From: an uncultured virus (IMG/VR IMGVR_UViG_3300024268_000027)
Taxonomy: Duplodnaviria; Heunggongvirae; Uroviricota; Caudoviricetes
DNA: 64,000 nucleotides
IMG/VR virus record: IMGVR_UViG_3300024268_000027
Reading direction: 5' to 3' (one strand)
The notes below the pieces were generated by a model, which searched no databases, had not been told where the DNA came from, and was given only the letters and a program-made list of their open reading frames with translations. How positions within the stretch are numbered: position 1 is the stretch's first letter; every line of letters starts with the position of its first letter. Position numbers and translations under genes: made by a program. Of the stretch, positions 17,716-26,748 are shown one piece after another.

Positions 17716-18378
17716 TTACACCTTCACTTCCTTTACAAGACAACGCGTATGAAGGCACTGAATGTTATAACCACCCGCAGAAACAAACCACATATGACAC
17801 CGCTTACCGTTACTACCGTTCAGATACCAGCCGTCGAAATCTTCCATGATTTCTGTTACTTCTCCTACGATTTTCTCAACTTTTTGCTCAATGGACTTTC
17901 GATGCTGTTCTGCGTCCTTGATAGCTCGACCCATACACCACTGAAAAGATCTGCCCTCCACTTGAGCATAATCAGATTTACTTACCTTCCGGTCTTGAAG
18001 GAACTTATTGTGCGGGCTAAGCTCCTCTACAGCTTTATCCTTCATTCTCCACCGATCACGATTGTTATTCTTTGCGTCAGCAGCAAGAACAACTCTGTAA
18101 TCAACACCATCAATTGTATAGAAGTCAACAACTGCAACATACTCTTCGGAGTCTACAAACTGAGCTTTACTGGAAACATCCCACAAACAGTAGCAGTTAA
18201 AACCTCTACGATATTCTTCCGGAACGATGTTGATAAGTCTCTCTGCTTTTTCTTGAGAACGAGCAGTATGTGTCCAATCCTCGCGAGCCTTCATTGCTCT
18301 AAGTAATTGATCTTCTCTGGCTTGACGATACTCATCGAGATACTCCATGAATGCTTTGAATTTCAACATAATCAACAT
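17716..18378 (-). CDS. hypothetical protein
   Basis: 220 aa ORF ending ...AGGYNIQCLHTR.LVK. Confidence 0.75.
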   Translation of the reverse strand: MLIMLKFKAFMEYLDEYRQAREDQLLRAMKAREDWTHTARSQEKAERLINIVPEEYRRGFNCYCLWDVSSKAQFVDSEEYVAVVDFYTIDGVDYRVVLAADAKNNNRDRWRMKDKAVEELSPHNKFLQDRKVSKSDYAQVEGRSFQWCMGRAIKDAEQHRKSIEQKVEKIVGEVTEIMEDFDGWYLNGSNGKRCHMWFVSAGGYNIQCLHTRCLVKEVKV

Positions 18379-18404
18379 CTCCTGTGCTCTTTATTTACAC
18401 TTAT

Positions 18405-18435
18405 ATTATATAAAGAGACAGTTGATTAATCAACT
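18405..18435 (-). promoter_or_regulatory. phage consensus promoter with a 20-bp palindrome over the -35
   Basis: AG-TTGATT-N17-TATAAT; ACAGTTGATTAATCAACTGT at 18418-18437. Confidence 0.8.
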
Positions 18436-18451
18436 GTAAAATAATAGTTTG

Positions 18452-19333
18452 TTAGTGTGCATTCAAGTCACATTCATGCAGCTCATCAATGTACTTCTTG
18501 AGTGATTCAGGAAGTCCTCTGTAGTAGTGCGAATCAAAGAAAGGCTGCATATGATTTGATACAAGCCAGGGAATAAACAGCAAGAATGTATACTCACTGA
18601 ATCCGAGGAGGAGATAACCTCCGATGTTGTCATGATTGTAGTAATTTGCAGTTGTGGCACCCTCTTTGAAAAACTTGGCAAGAGGCTTACCAACGTCATG
18701 CCACAGAGCAGCCTCACACACAATAGAATTCATGCCCTTACTTCTTGCGTATGCTTGCGCTGCAAAACAATGTTCATCCACATCGAATGTGTGGTGAGGA
18801 TTATCATGAGGAATTCTCATTGCATCAAGAAGCTGAGTTCTATACGCGTTCTCATTGAAATCTTCAATTGTATTATGTACTTCAATTCTATCAAAGCCCT
18901 CATCAAAGTAAGGAACTTCAAATCTCTTGAGCATTTTCATGATAACTGCTTTTCCAACTGTCCTCTCTCTTAAAGAATCCCGCTCAATACAAACATCAAC
19001 AGGAGCCCAAACAACAATTCCTTTGACGATACAGTTGTACTTCTTACCAAGAAGAATTATCTGTTTACGATTTTTTCTGGATACATTTGTTGCATCATAA
19101 ACAACATTAGTTCCTCTTTTCAAGTGTGTTTCAACATCTCTGTGCAGTGCGTTGAACACTGTGTCTGGCTTTCCTTGAATGTTTTCATCACCGTACAATT
19201 TTCTACGAGTTCTATCAGAAGAACAATATTCCCAGAACACGTTTCCACTGCATACTTGTTTTTCTATGTATTCTTTTGCATATGTAGACTTACCTGCACC
19301 AGGTAGGCCAATCAGCACTGTTAGCTCCGTCAT
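18452..19333 (-). CDS. polynucleotide-kinase-like (AAA_33) + HD-domain protein
   Basis: GLPGAGKST, SSD..R, DATN, R..R; C-terminal NPHH...EH...LWHDVGKP...H...HM. Confidence 0.85.
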   Translation of the reverse strand: MTELTVLIGLPGAGKSTYAKEYIEKQVCSGNVFWEYCSSDRTRRKLYGDENIQGKPDTVFNALHRDVETHLKRGTNVVYDATNVSRKNRKQIILLGKKYNCIVKGIVVWAPVDVCIERDSLRERTVGKAVIMKMLKRFEVPYFDEGFDRIEVHNTIEDFNENAYRTQLLDAMRIPHDNPHHTFDVDEHCFAAQAYARSKGMNSIVCEAALWHDVGKPLAKFFKEGATTANYYNHDNIGGYLLLGFSEYTFLLFIPWLVSNHMQPFFDSHYYRGLPESLKKYIDELHECDLNAH

Positions 19334-20141
19334 ATTTATCTACCTCTGTCTTTATGTATCTAAGAATGATATTCTTTGTAACTTCATCAACAAGCTGAAC
19401 CATTGACTCATTTATGTTTTCGCCGTAAACTGCATCAAAGTTATCTACTCGCGTCTTTATCCAGTTCATTGTTTTATCAGCAATCTTCAAAACTTGATCT
19501 GGAGTAAATACCTCTTGATACTGCTTGATACGTCTCAAATAGAGAACATTTGTAGAAATTAGACTCACATGATATGGAATTCCTGAAATTCTTGTTTGTA
19601 AGAAATCCTCAAGCCGTAAAATTTCTGCAAGTGCTTTGTAATCATATCCAGCTTTCTTAACTCGATCTGCATTAGATGGTAGTTCAGAGAATAACATCTT
19701 ATACTTATTCTGCGCCATACTCAACGTGCAGTGCACCGCTTTGAATGTATTCAGATCCGCAATTCCTTCATTCTTTTCAAACATCGGAGCATACAGATGA
19801 GCATATTCTGGGTTCATAATCTTGTACTCTGTAAACAGAATTTCCACAAAGTTAATTGACTGCTTCTTGATACTCTTATGTATAGATGCGATATCGTAGA
19901 TTACAAGCTCACCGTTGTCTCGTACAACTTTCTTGGAGACATCTGTATTACCCCACACAATGTCATCAATCTTGGGAATAACCATTGCTTTAACATCAAT
20001 GTCAGACTCCGGTGTGTGCATGTTATAATTCTGTGAACCAAACAAAAACACACCAACTACTTCATACCCTTGAGCTACACAATAATCATAATCACTTTTC
20101 AGTCTTGAAAAGATTACATCATCAAGTTTCAGATCCTTCAT
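19290..20141 (-). CDS. nucleotidyltransferase (Pol-beta superfamily)
   Basis: GSQNYNMHTPESDIDVK (GS...DxD), NFVEILF. Confidence 0.8.
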   Translation of the reverse strand: MKDLKLDDVIFSRLKSDYDYCVAQGYEVVGVFLFGSQNYNMHTPESDIDVKAMVIPKIDDIVWGNTDVSKKVVRDNGELVIYDIASIHKSIKKQSINFVEILFTEYKIMNPEYAHLYAPMFEKNEGIADLNTFKAVHCTLSMAQNKYKMLFSELPSNADRVKKAGYDYKALAEILRLEDFLQTRISGIPYHVSLISTNVLYLRRIKQYQEVFTPDQVLKIADKTMNWIKTRVDNFDAVYGENINESMVQLVDEVTKNIILRYIKTEVDKYDGANSADWPTWCR

Positions 20142-20769
20142 AAGGGACTCCCTCCACTTTTCGTTTACAGGTTCTCCATGTGCATCCTACATAAGTTACA
20201 TCAGTGTCAAGTACTTGTTGAACTTTTATAGCTACGTGGATAACTTTCTTCGTAAGTTTACTCGGCTTTTGAGTTGGATTCATAACATGTGTCATAATGC
20301 AAGCTTGATAGATAGCATCTTCAATATTCATGCATACTGTTTCCTCACCTGTTGATACATTTCTTGCAACAATACAGTCAATTTCTGCGTCATAGGTGCA
20401 GCCCTTGTTTTTGTTACACAGTTCGCACATTGTTTGCAAGTTATCAACATGGTCCTTGCCACCCCAGCGTTTCGGACGAATATGATCTTTCGTCATCAAG
20501 GTACCGTCTTCCGCATATAGATTGAAATGTCTACGAGTAGCTGCCGCAGCCCCACACCTATCTGGCTCTAACAGGAAATGCGTGCCCTCTCTACCACAAC
20601 ATGCACATTTTACACCCTTCTGATAGAACGTGGCATAACGAAGCGACTTTGTATACACCTGATAACCATCAACCTCAATGCTCATTCTAACATGAGAAGG
20701 TTTTTCTTGTATGGAGAGTGCTTCCTCACCGAGAAGATTAAACACTTCTTGAATCTCATAGCGTTTCAA
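20122..20769 (-). CDS. HNH endonuclease
   Basis: CACCG...TKDHIRPK..GG.D..DNLQTMC..CN..K. Confidence 0.85.
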   Translation of the reverse strand: MKRYEIQEVFNLLGEEALSIQEKPSHVRMSIEVDGYQVYTKSLRYATFYQKGVKCACCGREGTHFLLEPDRCGAAAATRRHFNLYAEDGTLMTKDHIRPKRWGGKDHVDNLQTMCELCNKNKGCTYDAEIDCIVARNVSTGEETVCMNIEDAIYQACIMTHVMNPTQKPSKLTKKVIHVAIKVQQVLDTDVTYVGCTWRTCKRKVEGVPYEGSET

Positions 20770-21065
20770 GTATCATCACGCTCCTCGAAAAGATTACCAA
20801 TGTTGTTAACTGAGTCTACACTGGAGTAAACAATATGGGGAAGAACGAACTTGTTGTTATAGCAATCATTCATCTTCTGAGCAAAGAAAACTGTTTCAGT
20901 TGTACTTTCAAAGTAGCCAACCCGATAGTTAACTTCTCCAAAAGGTCCTTTCCAGATACAAACTGCATACAACAGATCTGCTCTAGATGCGACTGTTTTA
21001 ATATGATCAAGTATCTCTCTAACTCTATCAACAAGAGAAGTAGCTAACATATTGATTACCTCCAT
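20766..21065 (-). CDS. hypothetical protein
   Basis: about 95 aa ORF downstream of a promoter. Confidence 0.6.
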   Translation of the reverse strand: MEVINMLATSLVDRVREILDHIKTVASRADLLYAVCIWKGPFGEVNYRVGYFESTTETVFFAQKMNDCYNNKFVLPHIVYSSVDSVNNIGNLFEERDDT

Positions 21066-21079
21066 TTCGTTATAGTGCT

Positions 21080-21110
21080 ATTATATAATATAACAGTAGA
21101 ATAATCAACT
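21080..21110 (-). promoter_or_regulatory. phage consensus promoter
   Basis: AG-TTGATT-N17-TATAAT. Confidence 0.8.
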
Positions 21111-21118
21111 ATACATAA

Positions 21119-21147
21119 AAACAGCGTGCATCTAATGCACGCTGTTT
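21119..21147 (-). terminator. intrinsic terminator
   Basis: AAACAGCGTGCAT / ATGCACGCTGTTT. Confidence 0.8.
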
Positions 21148-21150
21148 AAG

Positions 21151-21399
21151 TTAATCACAAGCTTTGAATCTAAACAATGGCTGCCCTGAAGAGGAATATC
21201 CATACCATCTGGTTGGCATGTCAAACGGTGGAAGATCTCTCCAGTGTTTTTCACCATCTCCAACTTTGAACTTGTTAGTATCCTGATCGTATGCAAGTTC
21301 ACCAGCTCGCAAGATTGGATTATGCAACATCCAGTTTGAATGTGTGTCTCTTCTGGGAACGAATGTTACAGGCTTACTCGTTTGCATCTTCGTTAGCAA
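21151..21399 (-). CDS. stand-alone Mtd/hyaluronidase N-terminal-like domain
   Basis: RRDT..NW...NPIL.AGE..YD.DT.KFKVGDG...W..LP. Confidence 0.7.
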   Translation of the reverse strand: MLTKMQTSKPVTFVPRRDTHSNWMLHNPILRAGELAYDQDTNKFKVGDGEKHWRDLPPFDMPTRWYGYSSSGQPLFRFKACD

Positions 21400-22801
21400 T
21401 ACTTTCTGCAGTTTCCATATCAGGGGCGTCAGATTCTACGGAAACAATGCCTTCAAGAGCTTTGAAGAACCAATTCTTGTGCTTGTATGCACAGAACTTT
21501 GGACGGTTTACAATACGAACAACAACACCCTCACGCACGTGGGTCTTACCAACAGGATCAGGACCGTCGTAATACTTTTCTGCAATCCGCTTAACATACT
21601 CGCCCGGATCCTCAACAGGAACCCAAACAGGCATTCCATCCTCAGAGCTACAATGTAATTCATTTTCAGGAATAATAAACTGCTCAAATACAGGAACAGT
21701 CTTTACACCCATCTGTTCACAACGATAGCGCATGTAATCAGGAGTGTATTCAACAACATCTCCATCTTCATTGGTCATAGTCATTCTATAAACATAGACA
21801 TCGGACTGAGGGAACGTCTCTTCAATCGCAAATGCCCCTGTATCATCATGACCATAGAGCATCTTCTTACCAGTTGGTTCACAGCCATAAGAGAACACTG
21901 TTGTATCACCATACTGTTTGATGAACTCTTTATCATTCAGCTTCTTGTTTGAAGCAGCAGCCATAATGGGTGCACCAGAATGTGTGAATCCAACAACCTC
22001 ATAGTAAACCTCTTCACCCTTGAGGAGTTTGCCCTCGAAGAACTTACTATGCTGTTCACGGAACTCGTTGGAACCATAGAATCCACCATCGAAGTTATCA
22101 AGTACAACTCTACGAGTTCCACTCACATAACCCCAATCATAGATAGGAGTTCCTTCCTTCTTACGAAGCTTATCCCACAATGTTCTTTTGTAGCCCTTGA
22201 ACACAGGAAGAAAAGCTGTTCTCTGAGAAGTGCCATGCATCTTCAAAGTAATTTCAATCAAGTCTCCAACTTTGAATGCACCGAGGTTGTATGCAAGCTG
22301 CTCAGTATCAGCATGCTCAGTAAACAATGGAGCAACAGGAACACGCTTCTTACGGGTTCTGTTACCTGTAGTTACACTACCAGTTCGATTCTGCTTCTTC
22401 GGAATGTACTTTTCACAGATTAGATGCCCATTCCAAACATCAATCTTTGTACCTTCAGTTAATGTCTCGATATCACCGAAGTCCTTCAGGGACTCCAACG
22501 GCAAAAACAATCCGTCAGACTTTTCACCACGCAACTTGATAGCAGTTACATTACGCTTTTCGGGATCCATGTAACCACCAATGTTATTTCCGTTTTCATC
22601 TTTCTTACGAAGAAGATTATTTGCCTCTGCAAACTCAACACTGAGCTTACCATCAGAAGGGAAGTAGATGCCGAGCTGGTTGTCTGTGTATTCCATAGAC
22701 ACAACAACAGCATTTCCGAAACACTCACCAATTTGAAGTCTGTCAGCATTGGGATGCTTATGTAGATTCTTTAATCTAGTAATGAATGCAGTGTATGCCA
22801 A
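21374..22801 (-). CDS. RNA ligase (Rnl2/DRB0094-like) with N-terminal OB domain
   Basis: HPNADRLQI, LRGEKSDG, motif I TLKMHGTS, YYEVVG, REGVVVR, YKHK. Confidence 0.8.
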   Translation of the reverse strand: MAYTAFITRLKNLHKHPNADRLQIGECFGNAVVVSMEYTDNQLGIYFPSDGKLSVEFAEANNLLRKKDENGNNIGGYMDPEKRNVTAIKLRGEKSDGLFLPLESLKDFGDIETLTEGTKIDVWNGHLICEKYIPKKQNRTGSVTTGNRTRKKRVPVAPLFTEHADTEQLAYNLGAFKVGDLIEITLKMHGTSQRTAFLPVFKGYKRTLWDKLRKKEGTPIYDWGYVSGTRRVVLDNFDGGFYGSNEFREQHSKFFEGKLLKGEEVYYEVVGFTHSGAPIMAAASNKKLNDKEFIKQYGDTTVFSYGCEPTGKKMLYGHDDTGAFAIEETFPQSDVYVYRMTMTNEDGDVVEYTPDYMRYRCEQMGVKTVPVFEQFIIPENELHCSSEDGMPVWVPVEDPGEYVKRIAEKYYDGPDPVGKTHVREGVVVRIVNRPKFCAYKHKNWFFKALEGIVSVESDAPDMETAESIANEDANE

Positions 22802-22826
22802 TTTTTCATCCTCTCATTAGTTAGTT

Positions 22827-23723
22827 TTAGGGTCTTGATCCGTACCAAGGCCAAGAATCAAGTACTGTAAAATATTCATACGCCATGTTTGCGTACTTAC
22901 CTCTCACTGTTACGCTGCCACCTGGACGCTCATAACATAGCCCGAAAGCAACTGCAGCAGCGGCAGGATCCTCAAGAGCAAGAAACTGCTCCGTTCTGAA
23001 TTTTCCACCGTATCTGCTGGAGTACAGATAACCGTAAGACTCGAAAACTTGCTCATATGTGTCACGTAAATATTGTAACTGAAAATCAAGATCTTGTCCG
23101 TTCACTTTCGGATAGAATCTCTTGCTCCACTGACAAATACCGTAATGACCTCCGTTATCTGCATAAATATTGATATCACCGTAGCCACAGCCACCAGCTT
23201 CCGCAATCATATTTCCAATCAGGCCAGCAGCAACATAGTCATTGAATTCATGAGCTGTAAGATAATTCCAGATGTACGTCATCACAGGAAGTTCAGCTTC
23301 TCGAGTCTTCCAATGTTCAGCAAGTAAAGAATCACAAGTAGATTTGTAACTTACTACTCGATTTTGAAGTACAATAAGTTGTGCATAATCCGCAGTGTTC
23401 TTGTCTGTAACTCGAATCAGAATATGTACATTTTCAAGAAACGCTACACAATCATCAATTGACTTCTGAACATCATAAACCGTTTTAAGTTCACTGATAT
23501 GTTCGAACTTAGGGAGTTCTGGAACTTTCAATGGCTGTTCTTTTCTGATTGTTGATTCAGTTTGTTGTTCTTCAATGCTATCAGTAGGAAAGGACTCGAT
23601 ACATTCCTTTGAATCTTGAGCGCTACATATGATAGGCACACAAGAAGCTAATAGCAGTAACATGCACAAAATCAATGCCAGAATACGCATTGATTTGGAT
23701 GCTCTTCTATAGTTTGGTTTCAA
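22827..23723 (-). CDS. secreted or lipoprotein phage-tail-type lysozyme
   Basis: N-terminal hydrophobic signal (LLLASC); AAGLIGNMIAE, GICQW, QLQY, YERP. Confidence 0.75.
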   Translation of the reverse strand: MKPNYRRASKSMRILALILCMLLLLASCVPIICSAQDSKECIESFPTDSIEEQQTESTIRKEQPLKVPELPKFEHISELKTVYDVQKSIDDCVAFLENVHILIRVTDKNTADYAQLIVLQNRVVSYKSTCDSLLAEHWKTREAELPVMTYIWNYLTAHEFNDYVAAGLIGNMIAEAGGCGYGDINIYADNGGHYGICQWSKRFYPKVNGQDLDFQLQYLRDTYEQVFESYGYLYSSRYGGKFRTEQFLALEDPAAAAVAFGLCYERPGGSVTVRGKYANMAYEYFTVLDSWPWYGSRP

Positions 23724-23743
23724 GATTTGTATTACCTTCTTTC

Positions 23744-23938
23744 TTATTCATTGAGAATAGGTTTGCTTGGAACAAGCATTTCAATGTCGACGACCATCCA
23801 TTCCCGATCGGTAACAAACCAGCAAAGGGCTGCACTGGTTCCATCTTCTTTGAGAAAGAATTGATAAACGTCAACACGAATATATACAGAAGTTGTAGTA
23901 GGATTCAACCCCACATAATACATTGTAACAGGCTTCAC
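23744..23938 (-). CDS. hypothetical protein
   Basis: 64 aa ORF with GAGG RBS. Confidence 0.55.
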   Translation of the reverse strand: MKPVTMYYVGLNPTTTSVYIRVDVYQFFLKEDGTSAALCWFVTDREWMVVDIEMLVPSKPILNE

Positions 23939-23950
23939 GAGCGCGTCCTC

Positions 23951-24511
23951 CTAAACAACTTTGATATAGCCAAGATCTTCAAGACATCTACAGTAGCCAG
24001 TTAACATCGATTTTCCAACATTAACAGTTCGCACTGTATTTTCCGATATATTAACAATTTCAATCAGGAATGTACAGTCACCTTTGCTTGTAACTGAGTA
24101 GTGATTAACAATACTGTAATCAATTCTTGGAATTACATGATAGGCTGTGTAGACACATTTGTGGCTACAGTCCCAAGTATCATAGATAACACCATCGACA
24201 CAACAACTCCAGTGACCAGCCATATTCAGTATGTATCTTCCTGTTGGATATGTTCTACTAAATTCTCCAGCAGTCATTCTGGGCTTACCTTTCTGAGCAG
24301 GAAAACTCAGTTTACGAGCATGAAGAACATTTTCAACATACTTGTGAGGATTGTAATCGGAATTAAAATTTGCTGCCCCTGTTACTTTCTTGTAACGATT
24401 CAGTTCACGCTGAACCTCCATGTAGTCCATCTGAGCTGCAAGTGTAATTGCTCTTTTAACACAATCACCGACGATCAAACCCTTGGGGTGAACATTCAAA
24501 AACTGATACAT
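23951..24511 (-). CDS. hypothetical protein with possible Cys-His-Asp triad
   Basis: GDCVKRAI...GHW...DG..YDTWD. Confidence 0.7.
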   Translation of the reverse strand: MYQFLNVHPKGLIVGDCVKRAITLAAQMDYMEVQRELNRYKKVTGAANFNSDYNPHKYVENVLHARKLSFPAQKGKPRMTAGEFSRTYPTGRYILNMAGHWSCCVDGVIYDTWDCSHKCVYTAYHVIPRIDYSIVNHYSVTSKGDCTFLIEIVNISENTVRTVNVGKSMLTGYCRCLEDLGYIKVV

Positions 24512-24542
24512 AGATTACCCTCCTGTTATTCTATATAGTTAT

Positions 24543-24573
24543 ATTATAATAGATAACAGTAAAATAATCAACT
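24543..24573 (-). promoter_or_regulatory. phage consensus promoter
   Basis: AG-TTGATT-N17-TATAAT. Confidence 0.8.
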
Positions 24574-24575
24574 AG

Positions 24576-24938
24576 TCACCGATTTGCGTTTTTCTTGTCA
24601 CAAGCCTTCTGAGCTTCTGCCTCAGTAAAGAATACGTTCTTTCCAATAGAATTTTCGGTAAAGTTAGCGCAGTAAGGTGAACACCAGTAAGACTCTTTTG
24701 ATCTTGCCCACTTTCCTTCAACCGAGAAAATCTTCTTAAGCACTCTTGTAATATGAGTCCTTGTTATAACAGCGTCAATCACTTCATAAGGGGAAGTTTT
24801 TGAATACTGAGTAACACAATAAACATGATTTCCAAGGCATATCTGTTTATTTTGAATTTCAATTGCGATATCAAGTGCGTCTTGTTCTGACACACCATAC
24901 TTGATAAGAATATCGCACGCTCTAGAAACATTAAACAT
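24576..24938 (-). CDS. hypothetical protein
   Basis: C-terminal IGKNVFFTEAEA motif of a type common in Firmicute phage ORFs. Confidence 0.7.
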   Translation of the reverse strand: MFNVSRACDILIKYGVSEQDALDIAIEIQNKQICLGNHVYCVTQYSKTSPYEVIDAVITRTHITRVLKKIFSVEGKWARSKESYWCSPYCANFTENSIGKNVFFTEAEAQKACDKKNANR

Positions 24939-24949
24939 AGCATCACTCC

Positions 24950-25212
24950 TTATTCATGAGCTAGTACGCAATTAGCGGAATGGAAGAGGTAAGTTCCTTC
25001 ATCAGTAGTAATCTGAATCTGCTCACCATCGTAATCTTTCCAAGACTTGAGTTCTAACTTTCTGCAGTTCCGTCAGGCCAACGAACATATGCGTACTCAA
25101 ACTTCTGATTGAAATCAAGCAATTGTTTGTTTCCACAAGCAGTCAACACACTGCCAATCAAGAAAGCAACAACAAGAATTGCTACTAACATCATCCATCT
25201 TGATCTTTTCAT
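24950..25212 (-). pseudogene. small lipoprotein gene with a 1-nt frameshift near 25060
   Basis: LTAC lipobox, then GNKQLLDFNQKFEYAYVRWPDG; continues in the adjacent frame as KLELKSWKDYDGEQIQITTDEGTYLFHSANCVLAHE*; span 263 nt = 3n-1. Confidence 0.7.
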
Positions 25213-25213
25213 A

Positions 25214-26047
25214 TCACATCTCCTCAAACTTAACATTGTTATTTTCATCAACTGTAAATACAGCTACATTGACAATTCCTGAATATGCAACACAACCATC
25301 CAGCGCAATAATTCCGGGTTCAACAAAAGGTTTGAATGATTTTCTTGCGTCCTTGTATCCGAGGGGTGGAAATTCCCACTTGTGTTCGTGGAACTTATAA
25401 TGGCCCCAACTTGTGTGCCAGTGTCCACAAACAACAGTTTTACCATCCGGGATAGCACCTTGAGCCCAACAGAGCATACCGTTTGACCAACGAGCGCTAT
25501 CCCACTTATCATCCCAAGTGGATCTATCTGCAAGTATATGATTTTTTCTTGCATGATACTTGTTTGAATCCTCGGAGTCTGTAGGAACCCAACCATGAAC
25601 GAATATGTAGTTACCTAGTTCAAGATAGTCAACAGTATTCTTATCTATGAACTCAAGCAACTCACCAATCTTACTTTCAAAAGTTGCCGTATCATAACAG
25701 TTACATAGAATATCGTATTGTGTAACACCAACAAGATCCGCAATTGTTCTAACAGTGCCGTTGTTCATGTGGTGAATTCCGATATCAAATCTTCTACGGA
25801 TTTCAGACACACAATCAAATAGTAGATCTTCATGGTTTCCGCGAACATATATCAGACGATTCTGAGCTGCAAGTTTTTTAACAAACTTAAAACATTCTAC
25901 TGTTTCTGATCCACGATCAAACAAGTCACCACAGATGATGATTTTATGATCAGGATTATTGATATCAAATCCTGCATGATTCAAATATCGCATCCACTCC
26001 TCATAGAAAGAATGAATATCTCCCGAAACAAAGTATTTCGTACTCAC
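25214..26047 (-). CDS. metallophosphoesterase (Ser/Thr phosphatase-like)
   Basis: GDIHS, GDLFDRG, RGNHE, VHG, GHWH; likely GTG start at 26047. Confidence 0.88.
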   Translation of the reverse strand: MSTKYFVSGDIHSFYEEWMRYLNHAGFDINNPDHKIIICGDLFDRGSETVECFKFVKKLAAQNRLIYVRGNHEDLLFDCVSEIRRRFDIGIHHMNNGTVRTIADLVGVTQYDILCNCYDTATFESKIGELLEFIDKNTVDYLELGNYIFVHGWVPTDSEDSNKYHARKNHILADRSTWDDKWDSARWSNGMLCWAQGAIPDGKTVVCGHWHTSWGHYKFHEHKWEFPPLGYKDARKSFKPFVEPGIIALDGCVAYSGIVNVAVFTVDENNNVKFEEM

Positions 26048-26141
26048 TTGTTTTATTCCTTGTGCAATAAGTTGTAACAAGTGCAAAATTATCTAAGTAA
26101 TGGATATTTCAACATATTTTGCACATGTTTTGGTATGTATT

Positions 26142-26160
26142 TTCTTCCTATTTTCTGGAG
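26142..26160 (-). repeat. 19-bp intergenic repeat, copy 1
   Basis: CTCCAGAAAATAGGAAGAA on the minus strand; identical to 55971-55989 on the plus strand. Confidence 0.6.
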
Positions 26161-26173
26161 GATTTCTAGTAAT

Positions 26174-26704
26174 CTATACGGAAGTTGTAGCTCTGTTTAC
26201 AGCTTCCAGCTGGCGAGCATACTCACGATCAATGAATTCATTCCAGTACTTGTACTCAGGATCCGATGTGCTGAATCTGAAAGAATCACAACTGTCACCA
26301 AATGCTCTACGACAGTCTGCAAAAAACTGGTTTTTCTTTAATTCGTCAATACACACACTGTTGGGTGTAGTTTGATGAAGAGTTTTCTTACCACGACGCC
26401 AGGTAATCTTGATTTCGTTTTTCAATCGAACTAACTTAGCTGTTCCTTCAACAGGAGAGTTAAAACTGGCGCCCGAAGGGATCAAAGGTTGAGTAACTTC
26501 ACATTCCGGGATGCTCAACTGTTGTACACTTACTTCAGGAACGATATACACGGAGTCAGAAGCCCCAATCAGTTTCCAACCATCTTTTGTTTCAATGCCA
26601 GGAATTGAAACAGGAACAAATTTTATTTCAGAGGATTGAAGTCCAGTGAGTTTATCCACAACTGTCCGCTTAAAACCAAGATATGTTTTCATAGTTTCCT
26701 CCAC
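26174..26704 (-). CDS. hypothetical protein
   Basis: about 172 aa ORF downstream of a promoter. Confidence 0.7.
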   Translation of the reverse strand: MEETMKTYLGFKRTVVDKLTGLQSSEIKFVPVSIPGIETKDGWKLIGASDSVYIVPEVSVQQLSIPECEVTQPLIPSGASFNSPVEGTAKLVRLKNEIKITWRRGKKTLHQTTPNSVCIDELKKNQFFADCRRAFGDSCDSFRFSTSDPEYKYWNEFIDREYARQLEAVNRATTSV

Positions 26705-26717
26705 ATGTTTTTATTTA

Positions 26718-26748
26718 ATTATAAAAGAAACTGTTAAAATAATCAACT
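26718..26748 (-). promoter_or_regulatory. phage consensus promoter
   Basis: AG-TTGATT-N17-TATAAT; the AG comes from the recJ TAG stop. Confidence 0.8.

Noticed and set aside
20122..20769. Mobile intron-encoded homing endonuclease
   Set aside because: Free-standing HNH gene overlapping intact neighbours; no interrupted host gene
21151..21399. Diversity-generating retroelement target (Mtd-like)
   Set aside because: Only the N-terminal-type domain is present; no reverse transcriptase or TR/VR pair in the window
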